Source: a virus. Taken from it: 39,550 nt of DNA. The notes beneath the pieces are model-generated. The model saw nothing but the letters and a program-made list of their open reading frames with translations, did no database searches and was not told where the DNA came from. Location of the stretch: the IMG/VR virus record IMGVR_UViG_3300045988_164840; one strand, written 5' to 3'. The translations under genes were made by a program, and so were the position numbers. Below, in pieces: positions 6,468 to 13,915 of the stretch; the stretch's first letter is position 1, and each line of letters starts with the position of its first letter.

Positions 6468-7025
6468 CTAAGAGAGAAGTACAGCTCCTATTTTATCGGT
6501 AAACTTATTTTGTATCAAAAGAACTAAATCATAAATAGAACCTAATCCAAATATGCCAAAAGTTAATAAATATAAGATACCTGTTTTCTTTTTTCCAACA
6601 TAAAATCGATGTAAGCCGGCGATTCCAATAGCATTTAACAGCAACAAGAAAATGGCAACATATTTATTTTTGCTGCTTGCACGAGAGACTGAAGTTGTTT
6701 TGATTCTTGGAGTTGATGGATTTTCGGTTCTATTTGTTTGAGTTTTTCCTTCAAGTTTTTCGGCTTCTTCTCTGATGCCTTGACGTAGTTCTTCACTTTG
6801 TTGATTTAATTTTTCAACTTCTCTATCAAGTTCCTCTATACTCATGTTGGAATATTTTGGTTTTATTTTTGCCTTTTTTGGGACTCTATCATCTATGTAT
6901 CGATCAGCTCGAATTTGAAAAGTTCTTCCACAATTTTTGCAAATAAATCTTGGATCTCCATACGCACTATATCCATGATGATTAACATGGTCTGATCCGC
7001 ATCTGTAACATACCATTGACGACAT
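6468..7025 (-). CDS. Zinc-ribbon, coiled-coil and TM2-domain membrane protein
   Basis: CYRCG..CKNCG zinc ribbon, a charged helical linker, and a C-terminal GLHRFYVGKKKTGILYLLTFGIFGLGSIYD (TM2-like). ATG 7025 has an AAAGGTG RBS. Lies 17 nt downstream of the repressor gene. Confidence 0.8.
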   Translation of the reverse strand: MSSMVCYRCGSDHVNHHGYSAYGDPRFICKNCGRTFQIRADRYIDDRVPKKAKIKPKYSNMSIEELDREVEKLNQQSEELRQGIREEAEKLEGKTQTNRTENPSTPRIKTTSVSRASSKNKYVAIFLLLLNAIGIAGLHRFYVGKKKTGILYLLTFGIFGLGSIYDLVLLIQNKFTDKIGAVLLS

Positions 7026-7041
7026 AAATAACACACCTTTC

Positions 7042-7452
7042 TTATTCTTCCTGATATTTTTCTTCCAACAAATCTATAATATCTGCAATTGCTCGAAGCT
7101 GTTTGGAACGGGGCATTTTTTCCAACAGTACTTCGATTTCCTTGCAGTTGTTTTCTTTTTCAGCAGTCTGCCGGATAGTGACAGAGCCACGATTTTTAAT
7201 CGCTTGGATGCCGTTATTATCTCCGCCTATGTAAGATTCGGACAAAACTGTTGAGTTATCTGTTCTGCCAAGTAAGTAATCAACAGAAACGTTAAAATAA
7301 TCAGCTATTTTCATTAAAACTGAAGAATTAACAGTAGCACCATTCTGCCATTTTTGTTTATTACTTGCACTCATTTTTAGTTCTGCAAGCAAACCACTTA
7401 CAGTAATTCCATTGATTTTGCATAGTTCTGATAAGTTGTCATAAAAGCACAA
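7042..7452 (-). CDS. XRE-family HTH repressor (CI-like, no S24 peptidase domain)
   Basis: HTH_3 pattern LSELCKINGITVSGLLAELKMSASNKQKWQNG..LMKIADYFNVSVDYLLG. The start is probably TTG 7452 (GGGGGT 6 nt upstream). The longer ORF-track N-terminus overlaps the operators. Confidence 0.85.
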   Translation of the reverse strand: MCFYDNLSELCKINGITVSGLLAELKMSASNKQKWQNGATVNSSVLMKIADYFNVSVDYLLGRTDNSTVLSESYIGGDNNGIQAIKNRGSVTIRQTAEKENNCKEIEVLLEKMPRSKQLRAIADIIDLLEEKYQEE

Positions 7453-7487
7453 AATAATACCCCCATTTTTGTGTAAAAAGATGAAAA

Positions 7488-7533
7488 TAACACCATAGTG
7501 TAATTTTTGGTTGACAATCACACTATGGTGTGA
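7488..7533. promoter_or_regulatory. Two operator-like inverted repeats (ACAC-N6-GTGT core)
   Basis: TAACACCATAGTGTAA at 7488-7503 and TCACACTATGGTGTGA at 7518-7533. The second fills the spacer of the rightward promoter. Confidence 0.7.
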
Positions 7534-7539
7534 TATAAT
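7511..7539 (+). promoter_or_regulatory. Rightward consensus promoter TTGACA-17-TATAAT of the switch
   Basis: TTGACA at 7511-7516, TATAAT at 7534-7539. Divergent from the repressor gene. Confidence 0.7.
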
Positions 7540-7802
7540 AAAACCACGGTCGAGATAAAGCACGCTATACCAAATAAAAAAAAGAACGTTTCCGGTTGAT
7601 TTTCATGAGCAAACGGGAAATAAAGCGATTTTCAAGCGTGCTTTACTTTATTGTATCATGTTCCATTTTATTTGTCAATAGAAAGCATATTATTTGCAGA
7701 AATTCTTTGACGATGGAAAATGAAATGTTTAACAAAATCAGTCGAGGACAGGTAGCGGAAAACCCAAACGCTCGACTGAAATTAAAAGAAGGTGGTGAAA
7801 TA

Positions 7803-7994
7803 ATGAAAAACGATGAAAAAAAGGACACCCTGTATCTGTGCGACCCACAGAAAAACACAGAGTGCCCAAAAGGAAATTGTCAGATTCCTGACGGCTGTTT
7901 TCTTACGATAAAGAAAGAATTTGCCGTAACTGATAAAAATGGGAAGCCTATAATTGGGATTGAATTACATCAAGAGCAATCTTCCCAGCAATAG
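7803..7994 (+). CDS. Small Cys-rich protein (63 aa)
   Basis: ATG 7803 follows GAAGGTGG. Contains YLCDPQKNTECPKGNCQIPDGC. The upstream part of the ORF-track frame has no RBS. Confidence 0.55.
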   Translation: MKNDEKKDTLYLCDPQKNTECPKGNCQIPDGCFLTIKKEFAVTDKNGKPIIGIELHQEQSSQQ

Positions 7995-8340
7995 ACATCA
8001 ACGAATTGAGCGATGTGCATCCTAATTTTTTTGCAATTGATTTTGTTTTACTCCAGATACTATTGCTTCTAACATTGTCAAGAAACTGATGCCCATCGTA
8101 GGTTAAGCTGGAATAAATGCACATGTAAATGCTATTATCTGCATTCATTATTTGTGCATTTATCAATCCACCTTGTTCTGCTTTTAAAGTTGTATATGCG
8201 ATTACATTTTTTGGAAAGTCCGGCAGTGCTTTTTCCATATCATCGAGTGTCATAGATTGGTAGTTTAGATTCTCATCGATATTTTCAAATTCTTCGAGTT
8301 CTAACAACAATGACCGTAAGCAATCGTAGTTTAACTTCAT
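7948..8340 (-). CDS. DUF2513-like protein
   Basis: Start ATG 8340 (AAGGGGG RBS). MKLNYDCLRSLLLELEE.. and LTYDGHQFLDNVRSNSIWSKTK resemble DUF2513. Confidence 0.75.
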   Translation of the reverse strand: MKLNYDCLRSLLLELEEFENIDENLNYQSMTLDDMEKALPDFPKNVIAYTTLKAEQGGLINAQIMNADNSIYMCIYSSLTYDGHQFLDNVRSNSIWSKTKSIAKKLGCTSLNSLMSIAGKIALDVIQSQL

Positions 8341-8540
8341 ATCATTCACCCCCTTTCCAGTCAATTTTATCACAATTTGACAGGAAATACAACACCTGCT
8401 GACCTACCGGCAATACGGGGACGATGTGGCAGCATCGTGGGCATTACCTCCAAGCTTTGCCTTTATACTAACAACGCCCGTCGGGAGCGTATCCCGACCC
8501 ACTGCCCGTAAGGGCAATAAAAAATAGAAAGGATGATTGG

Positions 8541-8762
8541 ATGCTGATTGCAGAAAGTTTTAAGAAGACCCGAATCCGGCATGAACTGACACAGGTACAG
8601 CTTGCAAAGGCTCTGGGAATTTCGGACAAGATGGTTAGCCAAATCGAAAATGGCTTTCGCCCACCGTCCGCAGAGATTTTGCGAAACATGGCAGAGCAGC
8701 TGGGTTGTTCCGCTGATGAAATCCTTGGCGTAGAAAAGAAAGGAGAAGATACAAATGAATGA
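8541..8762 (+). CDS. Cro-like XRE HTH regulator
   Basis: 73 aa with the HTH_3 pattern LTQVQLAKALGISDKMVSQIENG. GAAAGGA RBS. First gene of the plus-strand early operon. Confidence 0.85.
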   Translation: MLIAESFKKTRIRHELTQVQLAKALGISDKMVSQIENGFRPPSAEILRNMAEQLGCSADEILGVEKKGEDTNE

Positions 8763-9540
8763 AATTCAGGTATGGAACTATGAGAGTTCCGAAGTTCGGA
8801 CAGTACAGGTGAACGGCGAACCGTGGTTCGTGCTGTCTGATGTGTGCAAAGTGCTGGAATTGTCAACGCCAGCCAGAGTTGCAGAAAGGCTGGAAAAAGA
8901 TGAGGTGAGTCAGACTCACACCATCGACAGAATGGGGAGAGAGCAAAAAACAACCATCATCAATGAATCCGGTTTATACACCGTGATTCTCCGGAGCGAC
9001 AAACCGCAGGCAAAACCATTTCGGAAATGGGTGACATCAGAAGTGCTTCCATCCATCCGCAAACATGGCAGCTATTCCGTGCAGTCGCAGTTTGCGGATC
9101 TGTCCCCACAGCTGCAAGTCTTAATCCAAATGGAAACCCGTCAGAAACAGATAGAAGCCCGTCAGGCAGAGCAGGCAACTGCACTCGCAGGACTGGAACA
9201 GAAGTTGCAGAATACCTGCGAGGTCATCGCTCTGGACAAGACCGCATGGAGAAAAGACAGCGAACACCTGATTAACAAGATTGCACGGGCAACCGGAGAG
9301 GGTTATGGCGGTATTCGGTTAGTTTACGAGGAAATCTATCGTTCCATCGAATCCAGAGCAGACGTTTCCTTGAATACCCGTCTGACCAACAAGCGGAATC
9401 GGATGGCTGGCGAGGGCGTTTGCAAATCGAAACGGGACAAGCTGACACGGGTTGACATCATCGCAGAGGACAAGAAGCTGATTGAAATCTATGTGGCAAT
9501 CGTCAAGGAACTGGCTGTGAAATACGGCGTTTGTGCGTGA
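8755..9540 (+). CDS. Bro-N / antirepressor (Ant-like)
   Basis: WFVLSDVCKVLEL..ESGLYTVILRSDKPQAKPFRKWVTSEVLPSIRKHG is a typical Bro-N domain. It also has a C-terminal Ant-type region. Confidence 0.88.
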   Translation: MNEIQVWNYESSEVRTVQVNGEPWFVLSDVCKVLELSTPARVAERLEKDEVSQTHTIDRMGREQKTTIINESGLYTVILRSDKPQAKPFRKWVTSEVLPSIRKHGSYSVQSQFADLSPQLQVLIQMETRQKQIEARQAEQATALAGLEQKLQNTCEVIALDKTAWRKDSEHLINKIARATGEGYGGIRLVYEEIYRSIESRADVSLNTRLTNKRNRMAGEGVCKSKRDKLTRVDIIAEDKKLIEIYVAIVKELAVKYGVCA

Positions 9541-9561
9541 GAGGGAGAGGAGAAATGAAAG

Positions 9562-9822
9562 ATGGCACGAAAACCAGATCCGAAACCACGGGAATTACCG
9601 ATGGACATCGTAGCCGGAAACATTGCCGGACTGATGCAGCGGCGGAGAATCACACCGCTGGAAATCTGTAAGCTGCTGGGATATGCACAGACAAGAACAT
9701 GGAACACACGCATGAGCGACCCGTCCTCGTTTACGGGGGCGGATCTGAATATGATATGTTCATTTTTCGGCGTGACGTTGGAGCAGCTTGCACATGACAG
9801 TATGGAAACGGCGGTGAGATGA
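9562..9822 (+). CDS. Small HTH-like protein
   Basis: 86 aa with RBS GAGGAG. Contains ITPLEICKLLGYAQTRTWNTRM.. The ATGA stop/start overlaps the next gene. Confidence 0.7.
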   Translation: MARKPDPKPRELPMDIVAGNIAGLMQRRRITPLEICKLLGYAQTRTWNTRMSDPSSFTGADLNMICSFFGVTLEQLAHDSMETAVR

Positions 9823-10280
9823 TGGGAAAACGGTACTACTGGCTGAAACTTCCAGAAGACTTTTTCGGAGATAAAGCCATTAAACGGCTGCGAAAGATTG
9901 CTGGCGGTGATACATACGTTATCATTTATCTGAAAATGATGCTCCGCAGCCTGAAAGATGATGGGTATTTGTACTATGACGGCTTGGAGGAAGACTTTCC
10001 GGCAGAACTTGCCCTTGATTTGGACGAGGAAGAGGACAATGTACAAGTAACGCTGAACTTCTTACTGCAACACGGAAAGCTGGAGATCCGCAGCGAGCAG
10101 GAATACTTCATGCCGGATATGAACATTGGTTCTGAAACGGCAGCAGCAGAACGAAAACGTGCAGAACGGGAGAGAAAACGACAGCAATCGTTACAGAGTA
10201 ATGAGCCTGAAACGTCAGGGTGTGACAATGTCACAGGGGTGTCACAAATGTGTCACGGAGAGATAGATATAGATAGATAG
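9819..10280 (+). CDS. Phage replisome organizer, N-terminal domain, ending at an in-frame TAG
   Basis: YYWLKLPEDFFGDKAIKRLRKIAGGDTYVIIYLKMML is Phage_rep_org_N-like. The stop TAG at 10278-10280 lies inside a GATA repeat. Confidence 0.85.
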   Translation: MMGKRYYWLKLPEDFFGDKAIKRLRKIAGGDTYVIIYLKMMLRSLKDDGYLYYDGLEEDFPAELALDLDEEEDNVQVTLNFLLQHGKLEIRSEQEYFMPDMNIGSETAAAERKRAERERKRQQSLQSNEPETSGCDNVTGVSQMCHGEIDIDR

Positions 10281-10308
10281 ATAGAGAAAGATATCTATCT
10301 ATCTATCT
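10261..10308. repeat. (GATA)n / (TATC)n palindrome, candidate replication-origin element
   Basis: AGATAGATAGATAG (10271-10284) and CTATCTATCTATCT (10295-10308) form a perfect 14-bp inverted repeat with a 10-nt spacer. Extra GATA units lie at 10262-10269. Confidence 0.85.
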
Positions 10309-10631
10309 TAGATGGCGAATCAAAAGAAAATCTTTCAACTTTTCAACAATCAGCACAACCACCAACGCTATTAGAGGTCAAACAGTATGCAGAGCAGAAA
10401 GGCATCCATACAGATGTGCAAAAGTTTTACAGCTATTACAGCGAACGTGGATGGAAAACCAAGAACGGTCAGCCGATTACAAACTGGAAAGGCACACTGG
10501 CTTATTGGGGCAAGACAGACGGAACTTGTCAGGGCAAGCGAAAGCCGGAAACCTATGTTTCAGAGAATGCAGCAGCCTATGAGAGTCTAATCTATAACCT
10601 ACAGGAGAATGACAGCAGTGATAAGGCATAA
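10281..10631 (+). other. Continuation of the replisome-organizer frame after the TAG (C-terminal domain, no usable own start)
   Basis: Same frame as 9819-10280. Encodes ..PPTLLEVKQYAEQKGIHTDVQKFYSYYSERGWKTKNGQPITNWKGTLAYW, a typical C-terminal module of phage organizer/DnaD-like proteins. The only in-frame start is GTG 10416, which lies inside that motif. Confidence 0.65.
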
Positions 10632-10774
10632 AAAAGAGCCCTGTTGCTGAGAGGGTGCAACAGGGCATCAAAAGGAGAAATAAAATTGGATTAAACAAAC
10701 CATGCCGAAAGGGATCGACAAGAATATCATACTCCTTTTCGGGTTCGGTGTCAAGCAAAAAGGAGGAAAAGTTT

Positions 10775-11290
10775 GTGGAAGGAGAAGACATTTTTGCAGT
10801 GGTCTGTGTGCTGGGAATGTTCGGAGCGGCTGCATATCATATTGCAATGCAAATCAAGAACGGCTTGCAAGAGCGGCACAGAGAACCGCCGAAGCCAACA
10901 CCGGCGGAGCAGAGCGAAGAAATCTATGGATTTAACTTTTACGATGTGTCCCACGGAATTGACAGCACGGTAACGATTCGGGAGCATCTCGAGACGCTCC
11001 AGCGGCTGCAAACCAAGATTGATTTGAGCCGGGAGAATCTGTGTGGAAATTATCGGGTGGTACAGATCCAGTGGCACGATGATGTGCAGAACAGGTATCT
11101 GACCTATGATTTTCCTGTATCGTACGGAGAGAATGCAGCTCTTTTAGAGCAGTTAGTCTGTGCGGAAAAGCAGCGGTTGACCACTTCCCTGTTCAGCGAG
11201 ATTCAGAAAATGAGCCAATACGGTGAAGTCAAAACCGTGGACAAAACCGAGAGGGGAGCAGGGGAGAGGGGAGAAAAAAAGCGTGAGTGA
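10775..11290 (+). CDS. Hypothetical protein with an N-terminal TM helix
   Basis: GTG 10775 lies 8 nt after AAGGAGG. The N-terminal segment is IFAVVCVLGMFGAAAYHIAM. Confidence 0.6.
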   Translation: MEGEDIFAVVCVLGMFGAAAYHIAMQIKNGLQERHREPPKPTPAEQSEEIYGFNFYDVSHGIDSTVTIREHLETLQRLQTKIDLSRENLCGNYRVVQIQWHDDVQNRYLTYDFPVSYGENAALLEQLVCAEKQRLTTSLFSEIQKMSQYGEVKTVDKTERGAGERGEKKRE

Positions 11291-11570
11291 GATCAAGTTT
11301 TGCAAGGATTGCGGATGCGTCCTTGGGACACGGGAAACGCTGGGGCGGCAACGGTTTAACAGCCTGAAACGCTGTCCGGAATGCCAGTCCATACACCGGA
11401 AATTGCAGAAAGCAGACTACCAGAGGGAATATCGAGGAGATGCCAGAACCGTCCGCCGGAAGCAAAAAGAAGAAATCGTCAGGCTGTCGAGAATATCGGA
11501 TCTGCAAGCGGAAATCATATCTCGACTGCGAGAAGAACTAAAAGATATGGAAAGGAAGAACCAAACATGA
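11283..11570 (+). CDS. Zinc-ribbon / coiled-coil small protein
   Basis: GTG 11283 overlaps the previous stop. Contains CKDCG..CPEC. Confidence 0.55.
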   Translation: MSEIKFCKDCGCVLGTRETLGRQRFNSLKRCPECQSIHRKLQKADYQREYRGDARTVRRKQKEEIVRLSRISDLQAEIISRLREELKDMERKNQT

Positions 11571-11773
11571 ATGCATATGCACGATTGACGGCATTGGAAA
11601 ATGCAATCAAATCCAGAATTCTGCTGTACAGTGAACAGCTGTTCGCTGACATGACAGAGGATTCTATGTTCCTGAACGAACTCTATTACCTGTTGGGGAA
11701 AAGAGAGGAACTCTTTCAGGAACTGGGCTGCTCTTATTCTACAGCAAGTCAGAAGCAGGAGGAACAGAAATGA
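11567..11773 (+). CDS. Hypothetical protein (68 aa)
   Basis: ATGA overlap with the upstream stop. The downstream gene also overlaps (ATGA at 11770). Confidence 0.6.
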   Translation: MNAYARLTALENAIKSRILLYSEQLFADMTEDSMFLNELYYLLGKREELFQELGCSYSTASQKQEEQK

Positions 11774-12000
11774 AAAAGATTCTGAAACTGAAAGCAGTTC
11801 TGCATGAAGACCATCAAATCAGCTGCCGTGCTGCGTTTAGGGGTGCGAATGCAGCGGAAACGGGTGCTGCATTGTGTACGCTTGTTTCCAATGTGGCAGA
11901 ATGCATTTTTCCAGATGCAGAAACACAGAAGCAATTCATTTATGATATTTCCCGTGCATTGCGGGAAGTGCAGGATGCGAAAGGAGATATTGAAGCATGA
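11770..12000 (+). CDS. Hypothetical protein (76 aa)
   Basis: Part of a translationally coupled chain with ATGA overlaps at both ends. Confidence 0.6.
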   Translation: MKKILKLKAVLHEDHQISCRAAFRGANAAETGAALCTLVSNVAECIFPDAETQKQFIYDISRALREVQDAKGDIEA

Positions 12001-12476
12001 CGAATGTGGTTGTAATCACAGGAAGGCTGTGTGCGGATCCAGAATCACGGCAGACACAGAGCGGCACGGCGGTTTGCCATTTCCGTCTGGCGGTTGGCAG
12101 AAATCGAAAGGTGGAAGGAAAACCGGAAGCAGACTTTATCAGCTGTGTATGCTGGGGCAAGACCGCAGAGTTTGCAGTTAAGTATTTACATAGGGGCGGT
12201 ATGATTACCGCAGAGGGTCGGTTGCAGAATGCGGACTATACCGACAACAACGGTGTAAAACACTATGCGATGGAAGTCAATGTGGATCAGCTGAACTTCT
12301 GCGGTGATGGAAAGCCGTCAGGGAATGCACAGCAAGCCGCACAGGGCGATGCAGGCAATTATCCGCAAAACTACCCACCGCAGCAGCCGAACGGCTACAA
12401 CGCACCGCAGGGCGGATATTATGATGGATATTACGAGCAAGCACCGCCACCGCCGCAGAACTACGGGCGGCGGTAA
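11997..12476 (+). CDS. ssb: Single-stranded DNA-binding protein
   Basis: OB-fold pattern NVVVITGRLCADPESRQTQSGTAVCHFRLAV..ADFISCVCWGKTAEFAVKYLHRGGMITAEGRLQ, followed by a Gln/Pro/Tyr-rich tail. Confidence 0.9.
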   Translation: MTNVVVITGRLCADPESRQTQSGTAVCHFRLAVGRNRKVEGKPEADFISCVCWGKTAEFAVKYLHRGGMITAEGRLQNADYTDNNGVKHYAMEVNVDQLNFCGDGKPSGNAQQAAQGDAGNYPQNYPPQQPNGYNAPQGGYYDGYYEQAPPPPQNYGRR

Positions 12477-12479
12477 GCG

Positions 12480-12689
12480 ATGGCGAAAGAGAAACGCCCA
12501 TACGGAACGCCACGAATTGAAATCCGGAACGGATACAAGTATGCGGAATGTGCGTGGTGCAAGCAGTGGTGGAATGTATCCTGGCAGTTTTCGGGCTGGT
12601 ATTTATGCCCGAAATGCCGCCGGAAATGGGAAAGGAGCAGGAAAGATGATCAGATGCTTTTTGATACTTACTTTGGCTGTCATGATTAA
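12480..12689 (+). CDS. Small zinc-ribbon protein
   Basis: 69 aa with CAWC..CPKC. Confidence 0.55.
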   Translation: MAKEKRPYGTPRIEIRNGYKYAECAWCKQWWNVSWQFSGWYLCPKCRRKWERSRKDDQMLFDTYFGCHD

Positions 12690-12779
12690 GGTTGCCTTTG
12701 ACATCCACAATCACAAGGTGGATGTTCGGGCTGCCGAAGCAGGGGTAGAATTGGAACGGATTCCGAAAGGGGAAGACGT

Positions 12780-13034
12780 ATGAAGCAGAAAAAAGAAGCG
12801 GAAGTGCCGAAGAACCGGCAACTGCTGAGTATGGCAATTGAACTGGTAGCACAGTCTGAGCGGTTGGTTCTGCTGAATGAGGTCGGATGCGTAGAGGATG
12901 TCATTCAGGTTGCAGAGCAGTTGTGCGGAAAGCTGGGCAATCTGATTGCCTTTGCAAAGGATATACAGAGAGGAGCAAAGCAGCATGACCTTAAAGGAAT
13001 GCATGAAGAAAAAGAAACCGTACATGGTGCATGA
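12780..13034 (+). CDS. Hypothetical protein (84 aa)
   Basis: ATG start within the coupled gene chain. Helical, charged sequence. Confidence 0.55.
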   Translation: MKQKKEAEVPKNRQLLSMAIELVAQSERLVLLNEVGCVEDVIQVAEQLCGKLGNLIAFAKDIQRGAKQHDLKGMHEEKETVHGA

Positions 13035-13290
13035 GGAAGCGATTGGCGGTGTAGATGGCTGCCCAAGCAGTCAACCTTTTCTGCATTGTGAAAAGGGGCT
13101 GTGTGAGCAGGACGACAAGGGACGGGGCAGCACATGGACAAGCCTTTGCACATACTGCTGGAATCAGCCAATGCCTGCTCCGGACGATATACCGAAGCAG
13201 TGCTGCCGCTGTAAAATCAGCGGTGTGCCACTTATGAAATCAGCAAACGGCGGTCTGTATTGTGCAGACTGTGCCGGATTTTTAAAATAA
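12985..13290 (+). CDS. Cys-rich small protein (101 aa)
   Basis: ATG 12985 follows AGAGGAG. Has 12 Cys, including CTYC, CCRC and CADC. Confidence 0.55.
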   Translation: MTLKECMKKKKPYMVHEEAIGGVDGCPSSQPFLHCEKGLCEQDDKGRGSTWTSLCTYCWNQPMPAPDDIPKQCCRCKISGVPLMKSANGGLYCADCAGFLK

Positions 13291-13312
13291 CAAGCGAGAG
13301 GGAGAAATAATC

Positions 13313-13906
13313 ATGAAAGACTACATTGAAACGCAGTATAAGAATCTGGACTTTACGATTCCGGATGATTACGTCAGCCGCCGGGAAGTGTATGCGATGC
13401 TGGACTACATCGGCGGAACGGATGCAGATGAAGCATATTTTCAGGGATGGGATGCAGCGATTGATGAAGCGTGCAGCCTGCTGAATGATGTGGATTCTGC
13501 GATGGGATGGACACCGGTTGAAGAAGAACTTCCTGAGGAAACAGGGGTACTGCTGGTAACAATAGATGACAAGCGTGTTGGATTTCGGAGAGTATGCGTT
13601 GCACAGTATTGGGCAGTTGACAAGCAGTTTGTTGTGATGCGGTCAGATGGTGGCGGTGTGGTTACCTTGTATGATGTCGTGGCGTGGATGCCGTTTCCGG
13701 AAGCGTATGGAGTGGAAAGCGATGGAAATGAGCTAAAGGGAAGGACCGTTCCAACCGATCCGGAAAACGTGGAAGCATCTACATTGATGGATGGATATGT
13801 TTGGTGGACGTGCGGCAAATGCAAGAAGCTACAGCATACAGACAAGCAGGTGCAGTATTGCTCGTACTGTGGGCAAAGTGTAAAATTGGAAAATCCAGAA
13901 GAATGA
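13313..13906 (+). CDS. DUF551-like protein with a C-terminal zinc ribbon
   Basis: WTPVEEELPEETGVLLV..VVAWMPFPEAY resembles DUF551. C-terminal CGKC..CSYCG. GAGGGAG RBS. Confidence 0.7.
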   Translation: MKDYIETQYKNLDFTIPDDYVSRREVYAMLDYIGGTDADEAYFQGWDAAIDEACSLLNDVDSAMGWTPVEEELPEETGVLLVTIDDKRVGFRRVCVAQYWAVDKQFVVMRSDGGGVVTLYDVVAWMPFPEAYGVESDGNELKGRTVPTDPENVEASTLMDGYVWWTCGKCKKLQHTDKQVQYCSYCGQSVKLENPEE

Positions 13907-13915
13907 AAAGGAGAA

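Noticed and set aside
7596-7802. N-terminal 69 codons of the 132-aa plus-strand ORF
   Set aside because: It has a TTG start with no RBS and a hydrophobic, low-complexity translation. The strong RBS (GAAGGTGG) precedes the internal ATG at 7803.
8468-10046. Minus-strand ORFs 8468-8953 and 9489-10046
   Set aside because: They are antisense to the Cro-like, antirepressor, HTH and organizer genes, which have clear domain signatures. Their composition is Pro/Ser/Cys-rich and they have no RBS.
10278-10280. Genome-wide TAG reassignment (alternative genetic code) as the explanation for the in-frame TAG
   Set aside because: TerS (stop at 18830-18832) and TerL (stop at 21625-21627) both end at TAG, exactly where the next gene's RBS and start follow. 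No other gene in the window needs TAG readthrough. Local readthrough, mutation or assembly error is more economical.
10638-10666. Perfect 10-bp hairpin GCCCTGTTGC-N9-GCAACAGGGC after the organizer gene, considered as a plus-strand terminator
   Set aside because: No T-run follows on the plus strand (an A-rich stretch follows instead), and there is no minus-strand gene for it to terminate. It may be an RNA-stability or binding element. Evidence is insufficient to call it.
12277-12852. 191-aa minus-strand ORF and 159-aa plus-strand ORF (12304-12783) overlapping the ssb 3' end and the small zinc-ribbon gene
   Set aside because: Their composition is Arg/His/Ser-rich and atypical, and they overlap better-supported frames. 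Only the last 45 codons of the plus ORF (ATG 12646 after GGAGCAGG, a signal-like MIRCFLILTLAVMIKVAF) might be real. That is too weak to list as a feature.
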